A DNA stretch of 64,000 nt from the human T2T-CHM13v2.0 reference genome, Homo sapiens, in NCBI RefSeq assembly GCF_009914755.1, contig NC_060926.1. One strand, given 5' to 3'. This document shows positions 16,451-29,669 of the stretch, in pieces. The position numbers and the translations under genes are program-made. The notes beneath the pieces are model-generated. The model searched no databases, was not told where the DNA came from, and worked only from the letters and a program-made list of their open reading frames with translations. The first letter of the stretch is position 1, and every line of letters starts with the position of its first letter.

Positions 16451-17392
16451 CGTATTAGGTCAGAATTCTCCAGAGAAATAGAACCAATGGAATGTTGTGT
16501 GTGTGTGTGTGCGTGTGTGTGTGTTTATAGACATACATATATGTAATCTCTATACACACATACATATGTAAAGAAATAAATTTATTATGAGGGATTGACT
16601 CACACCATTATTGAGACTGTGAAGTTTCATGTTCTGTCATCTGGAAGCTGAAGGCCCAGGAAAACTAGGCATGTAGTTCCAGTCCAAACTAAAAGGCCCA
16701 AGAACAAGAGGGTTAGTTGGTGGTATAAATTCTGGTCTGAGTCCAAAGACCTGAAACCCAGCAGCACTAATATTCCAGGGTAGGAGAAGATGAATGATCC
16801 AGTTTAAAAAGAGAGAGTGAATTTTGCCCATCCTTCGTCTTTGTGTTCTGTTGAAGCCTTCAATGTATTGGATGTTGTCCAGCCACATTATTGAGAGCAA
16901 GCTTCTTTACTCAGATTATTGATTTAAATGCTGATCTCTTCCAGAAAAACCCTCACGGACACACCTAGAAATAATGTTTTACCAGTTATCTGGGTGGTAT
17001 GGTTTGACTGTTTCCCCCAGGGTTCATGTGCTGGAAACTTAATCCCCAATGCAACAATGTCGAGAGGTGAGTTTGTTAAAAGGTAACTAGGTCTTCTCAT
17101 GAATGGATTAATTGTGGTATTCTAGGAGTGATTTGTTATTGAGAGAGTACATTTAAGAGTGAGTTTTGCCCTCTCTTCTGCACTCTCTTTTTCCACCGTG
17201 GAATGGCACGGTAAAAAGTCCTTGCGAGACACTGGCACCTTGATATTGATCTTCCCAGCCTCCTATGAGGAGTAAATTTCTATTTTAAATAAATTACCCA
17301 GTCTCTAATATTCTGTTATAGTAACATAAACAGACTAAGACACTGAACATCCCTTAGCCCAGACAGGTTGATATATAAAATTAACCATTACA
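16451..17392 (-). mobile_element. MLT2-type ERVL LTR, with an internal (TG)n tract and a nested MST LTR
   Basis: 'gtattaggtcagaattctccagagaaatagaaccaa...aaaattaaccattaca'. Confidence 0.8.
16995..17342 (+). mobile_element. MST(D)-like MaLR solo LTR nested in MLT2
   Basis: tggtatggtttgactg...acagactaagaca; degenerate 5-bp TSD ctggg/ctgaa. Confidence 0.75.
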
Positions 17393-18229
17393 AGTGCACT
17401 CACAAGGTGAAACTCTGATGCAGTAGGATTAGTGTCTTTAAGAGGAGACACCAGAGAGCTTGCTTCCTCTCTCTCCACACGTGCAGTAAGCACATAGTGA
17501 GAGGGTGACCACCACAAACTAAAAGAAGGGGCTTCAGAATAAAACCTACCTTATAAACATATCAATCTTGGACTTTCCAGCCTCCAGAAGTGTGAGAAAT
17601 AAATTTATCTTGGTTAAGCCACCCAGTCTATAGTATTTTTGCTATGGTAGCGAGAACAGACTAAGGCATGAAGGAAAAGAGACCATGGACTGAATATATA
17701 AATATATTTTCAGAACATTTAAGATAATAATGGATAGAAGATCACATATATCTTGAAATAAGATGAAGAGAAAGAGGTCAAAGGAAACTTAAAATAACAA
17801 TGTGAAGGACAAATTGAAATAGCAAAATATTCAAGAACCACCTTAAAATAAAATTATAGGATTAAATATTTGGAAGTGCAAGAGGGAAGAGAGATCTATT
17901 CCATTTGGCATTTGAATATAGATGGAATTTAGAGACACTAGAAAATCCATTCAACTTTGCTGAAAATGTAGGCTGAGGTTTTTAGTTGTGGTTTAAGTAC
18001 TCTCAGATTGCCCAGAGATGAGGTTTAGTTTCCATTAATCTACTATGTCACTGAAATTACATGTAAAAATTTTATTTGCTTACAATTGTAATTCAAAGAA
18101 ACAAAAAACTGTTATCTCTTTCCCACGCAAAAATTAACAAGGAGGATGACCCTTTCTATAGGGTTCAACACTTAACAAGTGACAATTTCAAAGCATTCTG
18201 GCCTTTTGGAGCCAAGATAACAATTAACA

Positions 18230-21200
18230 GCTAAAGAAGACATACATGCAGCCAACAAACATAGGAAAAAGTGCTGAATATCACTAATCATTAGAAAAAT
18301 GCAAATCAATACCACAACAAGGTATCTCACACCGGTCAAATGGCTATTGTTAAAAAGTCAAAAAATAAATAAAATTAAAATAATAGGTGCTGGTGAGATT
18401 ACAGAGAAAAGAGAACACTTATACACTGTTGGTGGGAGTGTAAATTACTTCAGCTACTGTGGAAAGCAGTTTGGAGATTTTTCAAAGAACTTAAACCAAA
18501 GCTACCATTCAACCCAGCAATCTCTTTATTGCATATATACCCAAAGGAAAATTAATTTTTCTACCAAAAAGACACATGCATGCATTTGTTCATCACAGCA
18601 GTACTCACAATAGCAAAGAAATGGAATCAACCTAGATGCCCATTAATGGTGGACTAGGTAAAGAAAATGTGGTACATATACATCATGAATGATATGGTTT
18701 GGCTCTGGGTTCCCACCGAAATCACATGTCGAATTGTAATTCCCAGTGTTGGGGGAGGGACCTGGTAGAAGGTAATTGGATCATGGGGGCAGAATTCCTG
18801 CATGCTGTTCTCATGATAGTGAGTGAGTTCTCATGCGATCGTGTGGTTTAAGAGTGTATGGCACTTCTCCCACCCCTCGCTCTCTCTCTCTTTCCTGCTG
18901 CCATGTGGAGAAGGTGTATACTTCTCTTTTGCCCTTCCGCCATGATTGTAAGTTTCCTGAGGCCTCTCAGTCATGCTTTCTGTTAAGCTTGCAGAATTGT
19001 GAGTCAACTGAACCTTTTTTCTTCATAAGTTACCTAGTCTCAGGTAGTTATTTATAGCAGTGTGAGAATGAACTAATACAGAAAATTGGTACCAGGAAAG
19101 TGGGGCATTGCTATTTTATATACCTGAAAATGTGGAGGTGACTTTGGAACTGGGTAATGAGTAGAAGACTGGAAGAGTTTGAAGGGCTCAGAAGAAGACA
19201 GAAAGATGTGAGAAAGTTTGGAACTTCCTAGAGACTTTTTGAATGGTTTTGACCAAAATGCTGACAGTAATATGAACGATGAATTACAGGCTGAAGTGGT
19301 CTCAGATGGAGATGAGGAACTTATTGGGAACTGGAGTAAATGTAACTTGCTATGCTTTAGCAAAGAAACTGGTGGCATTTTGCTCCCACCCTATAGATCT
19401 GTGAAACTTTGAACTTGAGAGAGATGATTTAGGGTATCTGACAAAAGAAACTGCTAAGCAGCAAAGCATTTATGAAGTAACATGCCTGTTTCTGAAAGTG
19501 TATGCTCACATGTGTGAACAAAAAGATGACTTTAAACTGGATTTTGTATTTAAAAGAAACACAGAGCATAAAAGTTTGGAAAATGTGCTGCCTGGCAGAA
19601 TGTGGTAGAAAAATAAAAACACATTTTCTGGGGAGAAATTCAAGCCTGCTAGAGAAATTTCCATAAATAAAGAAGAGCCAAAGGTTAATAGCCAAGACAA
19701 TAAGGAAAATGTCTCCAGGTCACTTCAGAGACCTTCACAACAGCCTCTTCCATCACAGGCCCAGAGGTCTAGGAGGGAAAAATGGTTTCATGAGCCAGGG
19801 CCAGGGCCCAGCTGCTCTGTGCGGCTTTGAGACATGATGCCCTGTGTTTCAGCCACTCCATCCCCAGCCATGGATAAAAGAGCTCAAGGTGCAGCCCAGG
19901 CTGTGGCTTCAGAGGGTGCAATCCCCAAGACTTCATGGCTTCCAGGTGGTGTTGGGCCTGAATCTGTGCAGAAGGCAAGAGCTGAGATTTGGGAACCTTT
20001 GCCTAGGTTTCAGAGGATGCATGGAAATATCTGAATGTTCGGGCAGAAGTCTGCCGTGGAGATGGAGCCCTCTAGGGCAGTGTGCAGGGGAAATGTGAGG
20101 TTGGAGCCCCCACACAGAGTTCCCACTGGGGCACTGCCTAGTGGTGCTGTGAGAAGAGGACCACTGCCCTCCAGACCTGAGAATGGCAGATCCATTGACA
20201 GCTTGCACCATGCATCTGGAAAAGCTGCAGGCACTCAATGCCAGCCTGTGAAAGGAGCCATGGGGCCTGTACCCTACAGAACCACAGGAGTGGAACTGCC
20301 CAAGGACTTGGAAATTTATTCCTTGTGTTAGTACCTCCTGGATGTGAGACATGGAGTAAAAAGAGATTATTTTGGAGCTTTAAGATTTAACGACTGCCTT
20401 GCTGGATTTCAGGCTTATATGGGGCGTGTAACTCCTTTGTTATGGCCAATTTCCCCCTTTTGGGACAGGAGCATTTACTCAATGCTTCTACCCCATAGTG
20501 TCTTGGAAGTAACTAACTTGTTTTTCATTCTACATGTGCTTAGGCAGAAGAAACTTGCCTTATCTCAAATGAGACTTTGGACATGGACTTTTGAGTTAAT
20601 TCTGGAATGAGTTAAGATTTGTGGGTACTGTTAAGAAGGCATAATTGGTTTTGAAATGTGAAAATGACATGAGATTTGGGAGGAGCCAGGGGTGAAATGA
20701 TATGGTTTGGCTTTGTGTCCCCACCCAAATCTCATGTTGAATTGTAATTCCCAATTTTGAAGGAGGAACCTGGTGGGAGGTGGGTGGTTGGATCATGGGG
20801 GCAGATTTACCCTATGTTGTTCTCATGATAGTGAGTTAATTCTCACAGATATGATGGTTTAAAAGTGTGTGGCACTTCCCCCTTCACTTGCTCTCTCTCC
20901 TCCCACTATGTGAAAAAGGTGCTTGCTTCCCCTTTGCCCTTCTGCCATGTTTGTAAATTTCCTGAGGCCATTCAGTCATGCTTCCTGTTAAGCCTGTGGA
21001 ACTATGAGTCAATTAAACCTCTTTTTTTTTCATTAATTACTCAGTCTCAGGTAGTTCTTTATAGTAGTAATGTGAGTATGAACTAATACAATGGACAACT
21101 ACACAGCCATAAAAAAAAATCATGTGCTTTGCAGCAGCATGAATGCAGCTAGAAGCCATTATCTTAAACAAATTAATGCAGGAACAGAAAACCAAATATT

Positions 21201-21455
21201 GCATCTTCTCACTTAATAAGTGGGAGTTAGACAATGAGTACACATGGACACAAAGATGAGAACAATGGACACTGGGGACTACTAGAGGAAAGTGGAGGGA
21301 AGAGGGATGAGTGTTGAAAAACTAACTGTTGGATACTATGCTCACTATCTGGGTGACAGGAACATTCATATGCCAAACCTGAGAAACACAAAATGTACCC
21401 ATGTAACAAACCTGCGTATGTACCCCTGAACCTCAAATAAAAGTAAAACAAAGCA
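18230..21455 (+). mobile_element. L1 3' end (old L1PA/L1PB type), split by a THE1 element
   Basis: L1 ORF2 C-terminal and 3'UTR sequence at 18230-18689 and 21091-21455. Confidence 0.85.
18690..21090 (+). mobile_element. Full-length THE1(D)-like MaLR element: LTR 18690-19080, internal 19081-20697, LTR 20698-21090
   Basis: Both LTRs run tgatatggtttggct...aactaataca; PBS-like 'ttggtaccaggaaagtgggg'; TSD atgaa/atgga. Confidence 0.92.
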
Positions 21456-21689
21456 AAACAGCTTTGAGCCTTGCCTATAAGCCCATTTATTACTCCTGGT
21501 GTTCCAGAAGTGGCATAATTTTAAAGAAGAAAACATGAGAAATTTAAAATAAAATGCTTCCTGGGGCATAATGTCATCCTACTCCACCTTCCAATGATCA
21601 TTTTTTGATTCCTTTCACTGCAAATTACTTCAAAAGCATGGTCTACACACCTCTTCTCCACTGCTCTCTATGTTCTATTCATATGCCAT

Positions 21690-22660
21690 TGCCACACTGT
21701 TGTAATTATTGAGTTACATAGTGGTTGACAGGGCTTATCTCCCCCTCCTCTCTTCTTTATTTTTTTAGAGCTTTCATTGCTATTTATTTTTATTTCTTCT
21801 CATGGAAACTAAAATCAGCACATCTAGTTTCAGAATAATTACCTACTCTCTCTTTTTTTATTTGGATCACATTTATTTTATAATTTATACAGGGGAAAAT
21901 GGACATCTTTATAATCTTCTTATTCAAGAACATGGTGTATCTTTCTATGTATTGATAACCTCTGCTGTGTCCTTTAGTAGTATTTAAGATGTATTTTATA
22001 TAGTTGCTCATTCTTGTTTAATTTGTTCCTATATATTTTATCTTCTCTAGTGTCATTATAAGTTTGCTTCTTTCTTTCCCACTGTATCTTCTGTTATATG
22101 TGTATATAAAAAATTGATTTGTGTACATTTATTTTATATGTTGGTACATTTCTGAATTCTAGTGCTTTCTCCTCCTTTTCAAATTTCATAATTCTATTTT
22201 GTTTAGCTTTATTTGTTTGCATTGTCTAATTACATTGACTGTTTCATCTAGTTGAATATTAAATATTAATTTATGATATCTAAGCATTCACATCTTGATC
22301 CTAACTCCAGGAACAAAGATTTCAATATTTCTGTCTTGATATAATACTGACATTGGGGCTGATTTAAGTATCTCTGATCATGTAACCAAGTTTCAGTAAA
22401 TTCTTTACTTGTTTTTATTTTTTAAAATTAACTGTATTTGTTGAATTTTGTCAAATGCTTTTCTACTATCTTCAGTGATGGTTATTTGGTATTTTTTATC
22501 CTTAATGTTAGTAATATAATGCATTAAATTAATAAATTTTTAAATTTTGTTTCATCCTTGGTTTCTTGAAATAAATCTTACTTGGTCATAAAATATCTTG
22601 TAACATGCATTAAATTCTGTTTGCCAATATTTTACTTACTTTTTATTGATCAATATTCAT
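21690..22660 (-). mobile_element. Old L1M(E) ORF2 fragment
   Basis: T-rich; translation 'IIKMSIFPCINYKINVIQIK' resembles L1 ORF2 [20 protein letters not shown]. Confidence 0.65.
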
Positions 22661-25320
22661 AATCGTACCTTATAACTGCAGCCCTCTTAGTCTTTTTACT
22701 CATGTCTTTGTTTCTTTGTCACTCCATTAGGGAACCCACCTGATCACCTGATCAAAGGCAATACTATTCCTTTACAATAAGTAGTTGCTGAATGACTGAA
22801 TGAATCTGTAGGTAGATCTAAGGTTCAGGTAAGGTTCTTTATTTATTGTCCCACCACACTTTTCAAAATAAGAATAAAAATGAAAGAAAAATAAAATAAA
22901 TTCCCTTTGCATTTGAGTTGAAATAGGTTGCTTGTTTGTTGGGTGTATCCTTCCTTTGTAGAGCATGGATGTGCAGCCAGGAATGCAGACTTTGTAAAAC
23001 TCTCTGAAGTCAGCAGATACATGGCTCCACTGTGAGACCTATAGTGTTCCTACCATACACAAGCAAGTAAAGCAAATGGTCCATGTGAGGGCGACATGAG
23101 ATAGATGTGGATTTCTGTCATCTTACTTGTTATAATTTCATCCTTTTTCTCTTGCATGCTGTAAGCTAGTTGCACACTAGTTTGCATACTGTTTATAACA
23201 CTTTTGGAATATAGCATGGGAGTTTTCATCCAAGGGAGGTGTTGTATCTGGGTCATACTCTGAAGTTCTTTGATATAGCCTCCAATTGGAACACAGAAAA
23301 TTTCATTTTGTGCTTGAAAACAATGATACCAGATCTAACTCAACTGCTTTAAATAACTACATCTACTTCTGTGAGCTATGTTGAAAAACTATTTGTGTAG
23401 TTTGAACTGTAGCTTTGAATGCTGTCTTTCATAGATTCAAGAGAAAGTTGCATAATGCAAAGGATTTAGTTTAGAAATGTCGGTTTGAAAGTAAACTGAA
23501 ACATATTAGATTGTAGAATACCACTTAAACTGCTGAAGCCCTATGAAGGAATGCTTTCTTATATTGTAATGTTCCTACTATTGTGCTTTTGAAATAGAAG
23601 ATGCTCAATACACTTTATTGATTTAAATTTATTTAATAATCTCTTCTCTGTTATAAGATAACATTATTAGCTGGACATTGGGAATTTATTACCATTGGTT
23701 AGTATATATTATACTTAGATTTTGTTTTGTTTTGTTTTTTAACAAAACAAAGCTGACAGCAAATACACAATAGGTAGCATCTGTATTGACTGGTTGGTGC
23801 CTATGTAATACTACTACATATTTTCACTTTCCCCTCTGAATGCTTGAGTGTTTTTTTGTTTTTTGGTTTTGTAACTAAATACAAGTACTTTGCTCTTATA
23901 TGATGTTATTCTTATGTTATTTTTATCAAATATCAGCATTAGTAGGTCATTTTAATGGTTTCCCTGCCTCCTCTGAGTGCTTATAGTCTAATTATAGTTA
24001 TATTTATAGTTATATTTAATGCCTACCTTAATTTCATAGACAAGTGTATTTAATTAACATTCTTGATAACAGTATGTACTAAATATTTCCTGTATTCTGA
24101 ATATCACAATTATTTTGCTGTCAGAATGATGTTTACCTTAAAAATAAATGTCCAAACCCAACTGTGTAGATAATAATAATGCTCACATATTTTGTGCTGT
24201 ACTTGCACCAAGTTTATATTTAAGCTGATATCTTTTCAGATTTGTTTCTTGAGTTTATGATATTATTATTTTAAATAATTCTCCATGTAACAAACTGATG
24301 GGTATTTTAGGACTTACCTTTTTAAAAATAAACTCTAATAATTGCAGATGTGAATGTCTGGTGTGCATAAAAGAAAAGTCATGGTCTTCTGAAGGTATTT
24401 ATTCTCAAAGATTCCTAGAGCTTGTCAACTTGAGAAAATAGCTTATGTTTTTGAGCCACAGTATTATTACCCATGAAAAGAGCGTAACATTTTAACAAGC
24501 TTAATACTATGTCAATAATATAGTAAATATCAATATACTGTGGCTATAATACACTGAATATCTCAAACTGACATTTCAAACTCATAAAATAGATCTGAAA
24601 TAAATATTTTTCATATTCTGAAAGTGAAACATTAGATTTATGAAAAGCCTAAGACATAAGCATTTCTTACATATCATCAACAACTATATGAAAATCAATG
24701 GGTAAATTAGGGAGAATAGAAGAAATAAAACTCCAAAGAAGAATAGAGTGTCACAGTGATGCGTGTTGCAAATAAACATTATCATATTGCAGATATTGGG
24801 AGCTAAAAATAATATCCACATGTAGAGTTTTTAAAGTATTGTTTAATAAACACTTACCCTTACTATCTGCATCGAGCTTTTATATTCTTACATTGTTCCT
24901 GTTCTCTCCACATGTACTTCTGTGAGTTAAAATGTAAGACTTTAAAATGGTGTAAAATTTAGAAAGATTAGGGGATCATTTCTAGTGCAACCTTCTGGGT
25001 TACTCATTTTTATTTGTTTATTTTCTGTGAGACATTTTACAACTAAGTTGTGAAAAATGAATAATAATACAAATGCAAATTCCTTGTTTTCAGTAGAATG
25101 CAATTGATTATTGCCCACAGATAGACTTTTTTTTTTTATCTATTTGTCAATCCACTTCAGCATTTCTTATCTGCTTGTATTTGTGGGGTATTTTGAATTC
25201 TCCTTGGAATGTTATAACATCTTACAGGCTCCCTCATTAGCTAATGAGTTAAACAAAATCTTTGAAATGCGTTCATTTTATATTTGTATGAGAATCATAA
25301 TTATACCTTCTTTTTAAGAT

Positions 25321-26490
25321 GGATTAAAGACTTAAATGTAAGATGCAAAACTATAAATAAAGAAAATCTAGGAAAGATTCTTCTGCCTAGGCAAATAATT
25401 TGTGACTAAGTCCTCAAAAGGAAATACAACAAAACCAAAAATAGACAAATGAGATAATTAAACTAAAAAGCTTTTACACAGCAAAAGAAATCATCAACAA
25501 AGTAAGCAGATGACCTACAGAATGGGAGAAAATATTTGCAAACAATACATCCAACAGAAGGTAAATATTCAGAATCTCCAAGAAACTCAAACAATTCAAC
25601 AAGAAAAACCAAATAACCCTATTAAAAAGTGGACAAAAGACATGAACAGACATTTTTCAAAAGAAGTCATACAGGCAGTCAACAACCACATGAAAAAATT
25701 GCTCAACAGCGCTAATCATCAAAGAAATGCAAATGATAGCCACCGTGAGATACCATCAGAATGGCCATTATTAAAAAGTCAAAATGCAACAGATGTTGGT
25801 GAGGATGTGGAGAAAAAGGAATGCTTATACACTGTTGATGGCAGTAAATTGGTACAACCTTTATGAAAAACAGCATGAAAATTTCTCAATCAACTAAAAA
25901 TAGATCTACCATTCAATCCAGCAATCACAGTACTGGGTATCTACCCAAAGGAAAAGAAACTATTATATCAAGAAGACACCTGTACTCGTATGCTTATTGC
26001 AGCACTTTTAACAATAGCAAAGTCATGGAATCAACCTAAGTGTCTATCATCTGGTTATTGGATTAAAAATGTGATATGTGTGTAGGTATAGATACATATA
26101 TACATGCACACACTATGGAATACTACTCAGTCATAAGAAAGAATAAAATTATGTCTTTTGTGGCAACATGGTTGGACGTTGAGACCATTATCCTAAGTAA
26201 AATGACTTAGAAACAGAAAGTAAAAAGAAAAACAAAAAACAAAAACACATGTTCTCACTTATAAGTGGGAGCTAATTGGTGGGTACATATGAACATGCAG
26301 AGACGAATAATAGACACTGGAGACTCTAAAAGGTGGGAAGGTGGGAGGAAGGTAAGTGAAGAAATACTACCTATTGATTATAATGTATACTTATTTGAGT
26401 GATGGTGACACTAAAAGCCCAGACTTTACAATACATCCATGTAACACAACTGCACTGGTACCCCTAATTATAGATAAATAAAATAAAATA
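25321..26490 (+). mobile_element. L1PB/L1MA-type 3' fragment with an A-rich tail
   Basis: L1 ORF2 end and 3'UTR; (AAAAT)n tail; short TSD-like aagat on both sides. Confidence 0.88.
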
Positions 26491-28264
26491 AAGATTCTCT
26501 TTAAACACTTCTTTCTCTTTTTTTCTTTCTGCCATTTGATATAAAAATACACAATGGAATCTGTAATAGATAAAGAAAATAAGTCATCATACATTTTCAA
26601 GTTTCTGGGCTCCTTCCCCTTCTTTTTAAATAAAAAGGAATTGGCATGCATTGTAGTTTATTTGGATTTTTTAAGTCTTACATGTTTTTCAAGAAAGTGA
26701 ACAGTGGATTCCCCTGATAGAGCAGTGTTATATGCTTTGACAGAGTAATGTACCTCATGAATGATATAATCTTAGGCGTCTGTTCCTTATTGGCTCCGAG
26801 AAGTGAATCCTAAGAAGCAAAGACATTTTTTTCATTTTGTTTCTCTTTTTAAAAAATTTTTCACCTATCCCCTTTAATAATTTCGTGTTTGCTTGGGGTT
26901 TTGGTTTGTTTTCATTAGGAAATTATTTTGCATTGGCGGCAGCAGTGATTGGGAATTTAGTTTCATTCTCTGATATTTGTTGATCATTGTAAATGGATTA
27001 ATAAATTATAGAGCTCTATTCTTTATTGGATGAGAGACAAAGAGATTCTGATTTGCTAGTCATTTTTTCTTTTTGTCTATTTGTCTATGTTAACCCCAAA
27101 TTATTTAACATTTTTATGCCCATCTGGAACGAGAATGGCTCTGATGGACTCTGATAGACTAATAAACTTTTGTTTTTCTGAGTTGCTTGTGTTTTTGAGC
27201 TGTGGCTAAAATTGTAGACTGAATCTATACACTCTTTGTATGTCTACATATAATTTGGCATGGCCTTTACCTCTCCTTGTGTGAGTGTTTAATATTTGCC
27301 TGTCTTTGGGGATTATTAATGACACATAATCTCTTAAATAGCTTCATTTTTATTGGCTTACAAAGATAAATAAATACTTACCTGAAATTAATATTTCAGA
27401 AAATAATGAAATTGAACTTCTAATTACTTTAAATGTGCTATACTTAATATCTATATTCATTAAGAAACATGCTAAGAATCTGAGAAACTAAGAAACATTT
27501 AAAGAATGCAAGTTTCTTATTAAGGTAAATCACTGGCATATGATATTAGCATATTAATTTTGGTTCAGTAAACACAACTGTCTTTTTCTCTCATTTATTA
27601 GTATTAATGATCACAGAGCATACATTATATCAACATGGGTTTGTTTGTCATAAACTTATTTAGGCTTACTGATCCAGTAAGCTAACATTACTTCTACATA
27701 ATGTTTAAGATCATAAATATATATCTGTGTTCTACTGAATTGAATTATGGTCATGACTCATTTTTAATTTCAGCAGTAATTATATTTTGTGGTACATCAA
27801 CTTGAAGAAAATTTCCAAGATCTTTAAGTGATTTAAAATCTTGGACTGATATTAAATCTTGGACTGATATCCATTGAGTTAATGGAAAATCACTGGATAT
27901 ATGGTTAATTTCTGCGTAAGAAAATATTGAACAATTCCTTTCTAAGCATAATTTTAAGTTTTTGCTTGCCATTTTTATGTATATAGAATCATTTTTTCTT
28001 TGGGTGGCATTCATTTTTGCCACTTTGTAATGGTGTAAAAGGGACGTATGTAGCTGTAGAAAATCATTTTATTTGTATTCATGAGCTTTTCTTATCTGCT
28101 AAATTGCTTGCATATAACAAACAGTTCTCAATTTTTATACCCCAGTTCTCTCTGAAATAGAAGTTGGTTACTTTGATTAAAAGTTACAATTAAGAAAAAT
28201 GCTTGAGACTACAGTTAGGGGCAATAGTGACAGACTTTTGCTTTGTGTTTGCTTATTTTGTTTC

Positions 28265-28445
28265 TGGGTTCCTTTATACTTTGCGGACTTAGTGAGGACC
28301 TCAAAGAGCTTCTCTTTCTGGATTCTGTTTATTGGTACTTATTGTATTAGTAAATAAAAGAGAAATTTAGAAATATATTTATATTTTGATCAATTTGAAA
28401 ATAGCCATGAGAAACACATTGCATATTAACAAAAATAATATCTTA
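28265..28445 (+). mobile_element. Charlie1-like hAT fragment
   Basis: 'gaggacctcaaagagcttctctt...tattagtaaataaaagagaaattt' resembles the Charlie1 5' region. Confidence 0.5.
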
Positions 28446-29160
28446 GTGATAATATAAAATTGGTTATTACCTCCTGGGTTCTCTGAGATCTCTTCTAAAT
28501 TACTAGTTTGTACAGAATAATAAAGAACATAATGGAGAACAAAACTTGCAAAATAAATTTTATTTCCATTAGTTTATAAGACCTGTCTGCAAAGAAGCCA
28601 CGGAATATGTTAAAATGTTAGCAGAGTTTGTGCAATCTTGTTTGCCCTCAGGGTTGGTTCCTTGGTTTACTGAATATATTCAATATATTGAAACAATATA
28701 TTATTTAATTTCCGTGTAATCTGCCTAGACAGAATAGATTTCAAGTCTTATCAAATTAATTTTTTATACTTTAGGTTGACATTGCTTATGTCTTTGATCA
28801 AACAAAAACAATAACAAAACCATAAAAATGACCACAAAATTTCCCCAATTATGAAGAGACTAAAATGTTTTTAAAAATGTGTTACCAGGTACTTCATTTT
28901 AAAATATGTACTGTTTCTTTGATTAAATAGGTAAACAAATATTGTTTCTCAGGCTCCCATAATCATATCTTAAATGTCCAAATTTCCTTTGATATCTTTT
29001 AAAAATTTTTGCCTTTCTAAAAATCTGATTTTATATATATACAAAAAGCAAAATAAAATTTCAAGACATATTTTACACTTAAAACTACTATTGACATTTG
29101 CCAGAGTGCCCTGGAAATTGCAAAAAATGTATTCTTTCACCTGATAAAAAATATGCAACA

Positions 29161-29417
29161 GGCCGGGCATGGTGGTTCACGCCTGTAATCCCAGCAATTT
29201 GGGAGGCCGAGGCAGGCAGATCACCTGAGGTTAGGGGTTGGAGACTAGCCTGGCCAACATGGTGAAACCCTGTCTCTACTGAAAATACAAAAATTAGCCA
29301 GGTGTGGCGGTGCACGCCTGTAATCCCAGCTACTCGGGAGGCTTAGGCAGGAGAATCACTTGAACGCGGGCAGTGGAGGTTGCTGTGAGCCAAGATTGCG
29401 CCACTGCACTCCAGCCT
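29161..29417 (+). mobile_element. AluSx, 3' truncated (no A tail)
   Basis: Alu text ends abruptly at 'ctccagcct'. Confidence 0.92.
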
Positions 29418-29669
29418 AATTGTTTGCTTTATGGAAAGTCCTTAGAAGTTTATCATTGCACTCCATTTCCATAATATATTTTAATCTTGGAGGAAACACT
29501 GGTAAAAAAAATTTGCCAAGTTTTCCTATAGTTATCACTGTTCTGGCAGTGCTTTGCCTGATGAGATTAGACAACAATAAAATGTTATCAGTCATAATTT
29601 CAGTTATTATTTAAAACATTGTTTGACTACAGTCTTACTTCTTTAATTTGAATCTAGTATCTATTACAC

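Larger units (their letters stand above)
14895..17668 (+). mobile_element. MLT1A-like MaLR LTR, split by nested insertions (pieces ~14895-14943, ~15480-15550, ~17393-17668)
   Basis: Starts tgttatggattgaatg, ends 'aagccacccagtctatagtattttt...acagactaaggca'. Confidence 0.6.

Noticed and set aside
19073-20610. Cluster of overlapping ORFs
   Set aside because: They are fragments of the decayed THE1 internal region, broken by stops and frameshifts.
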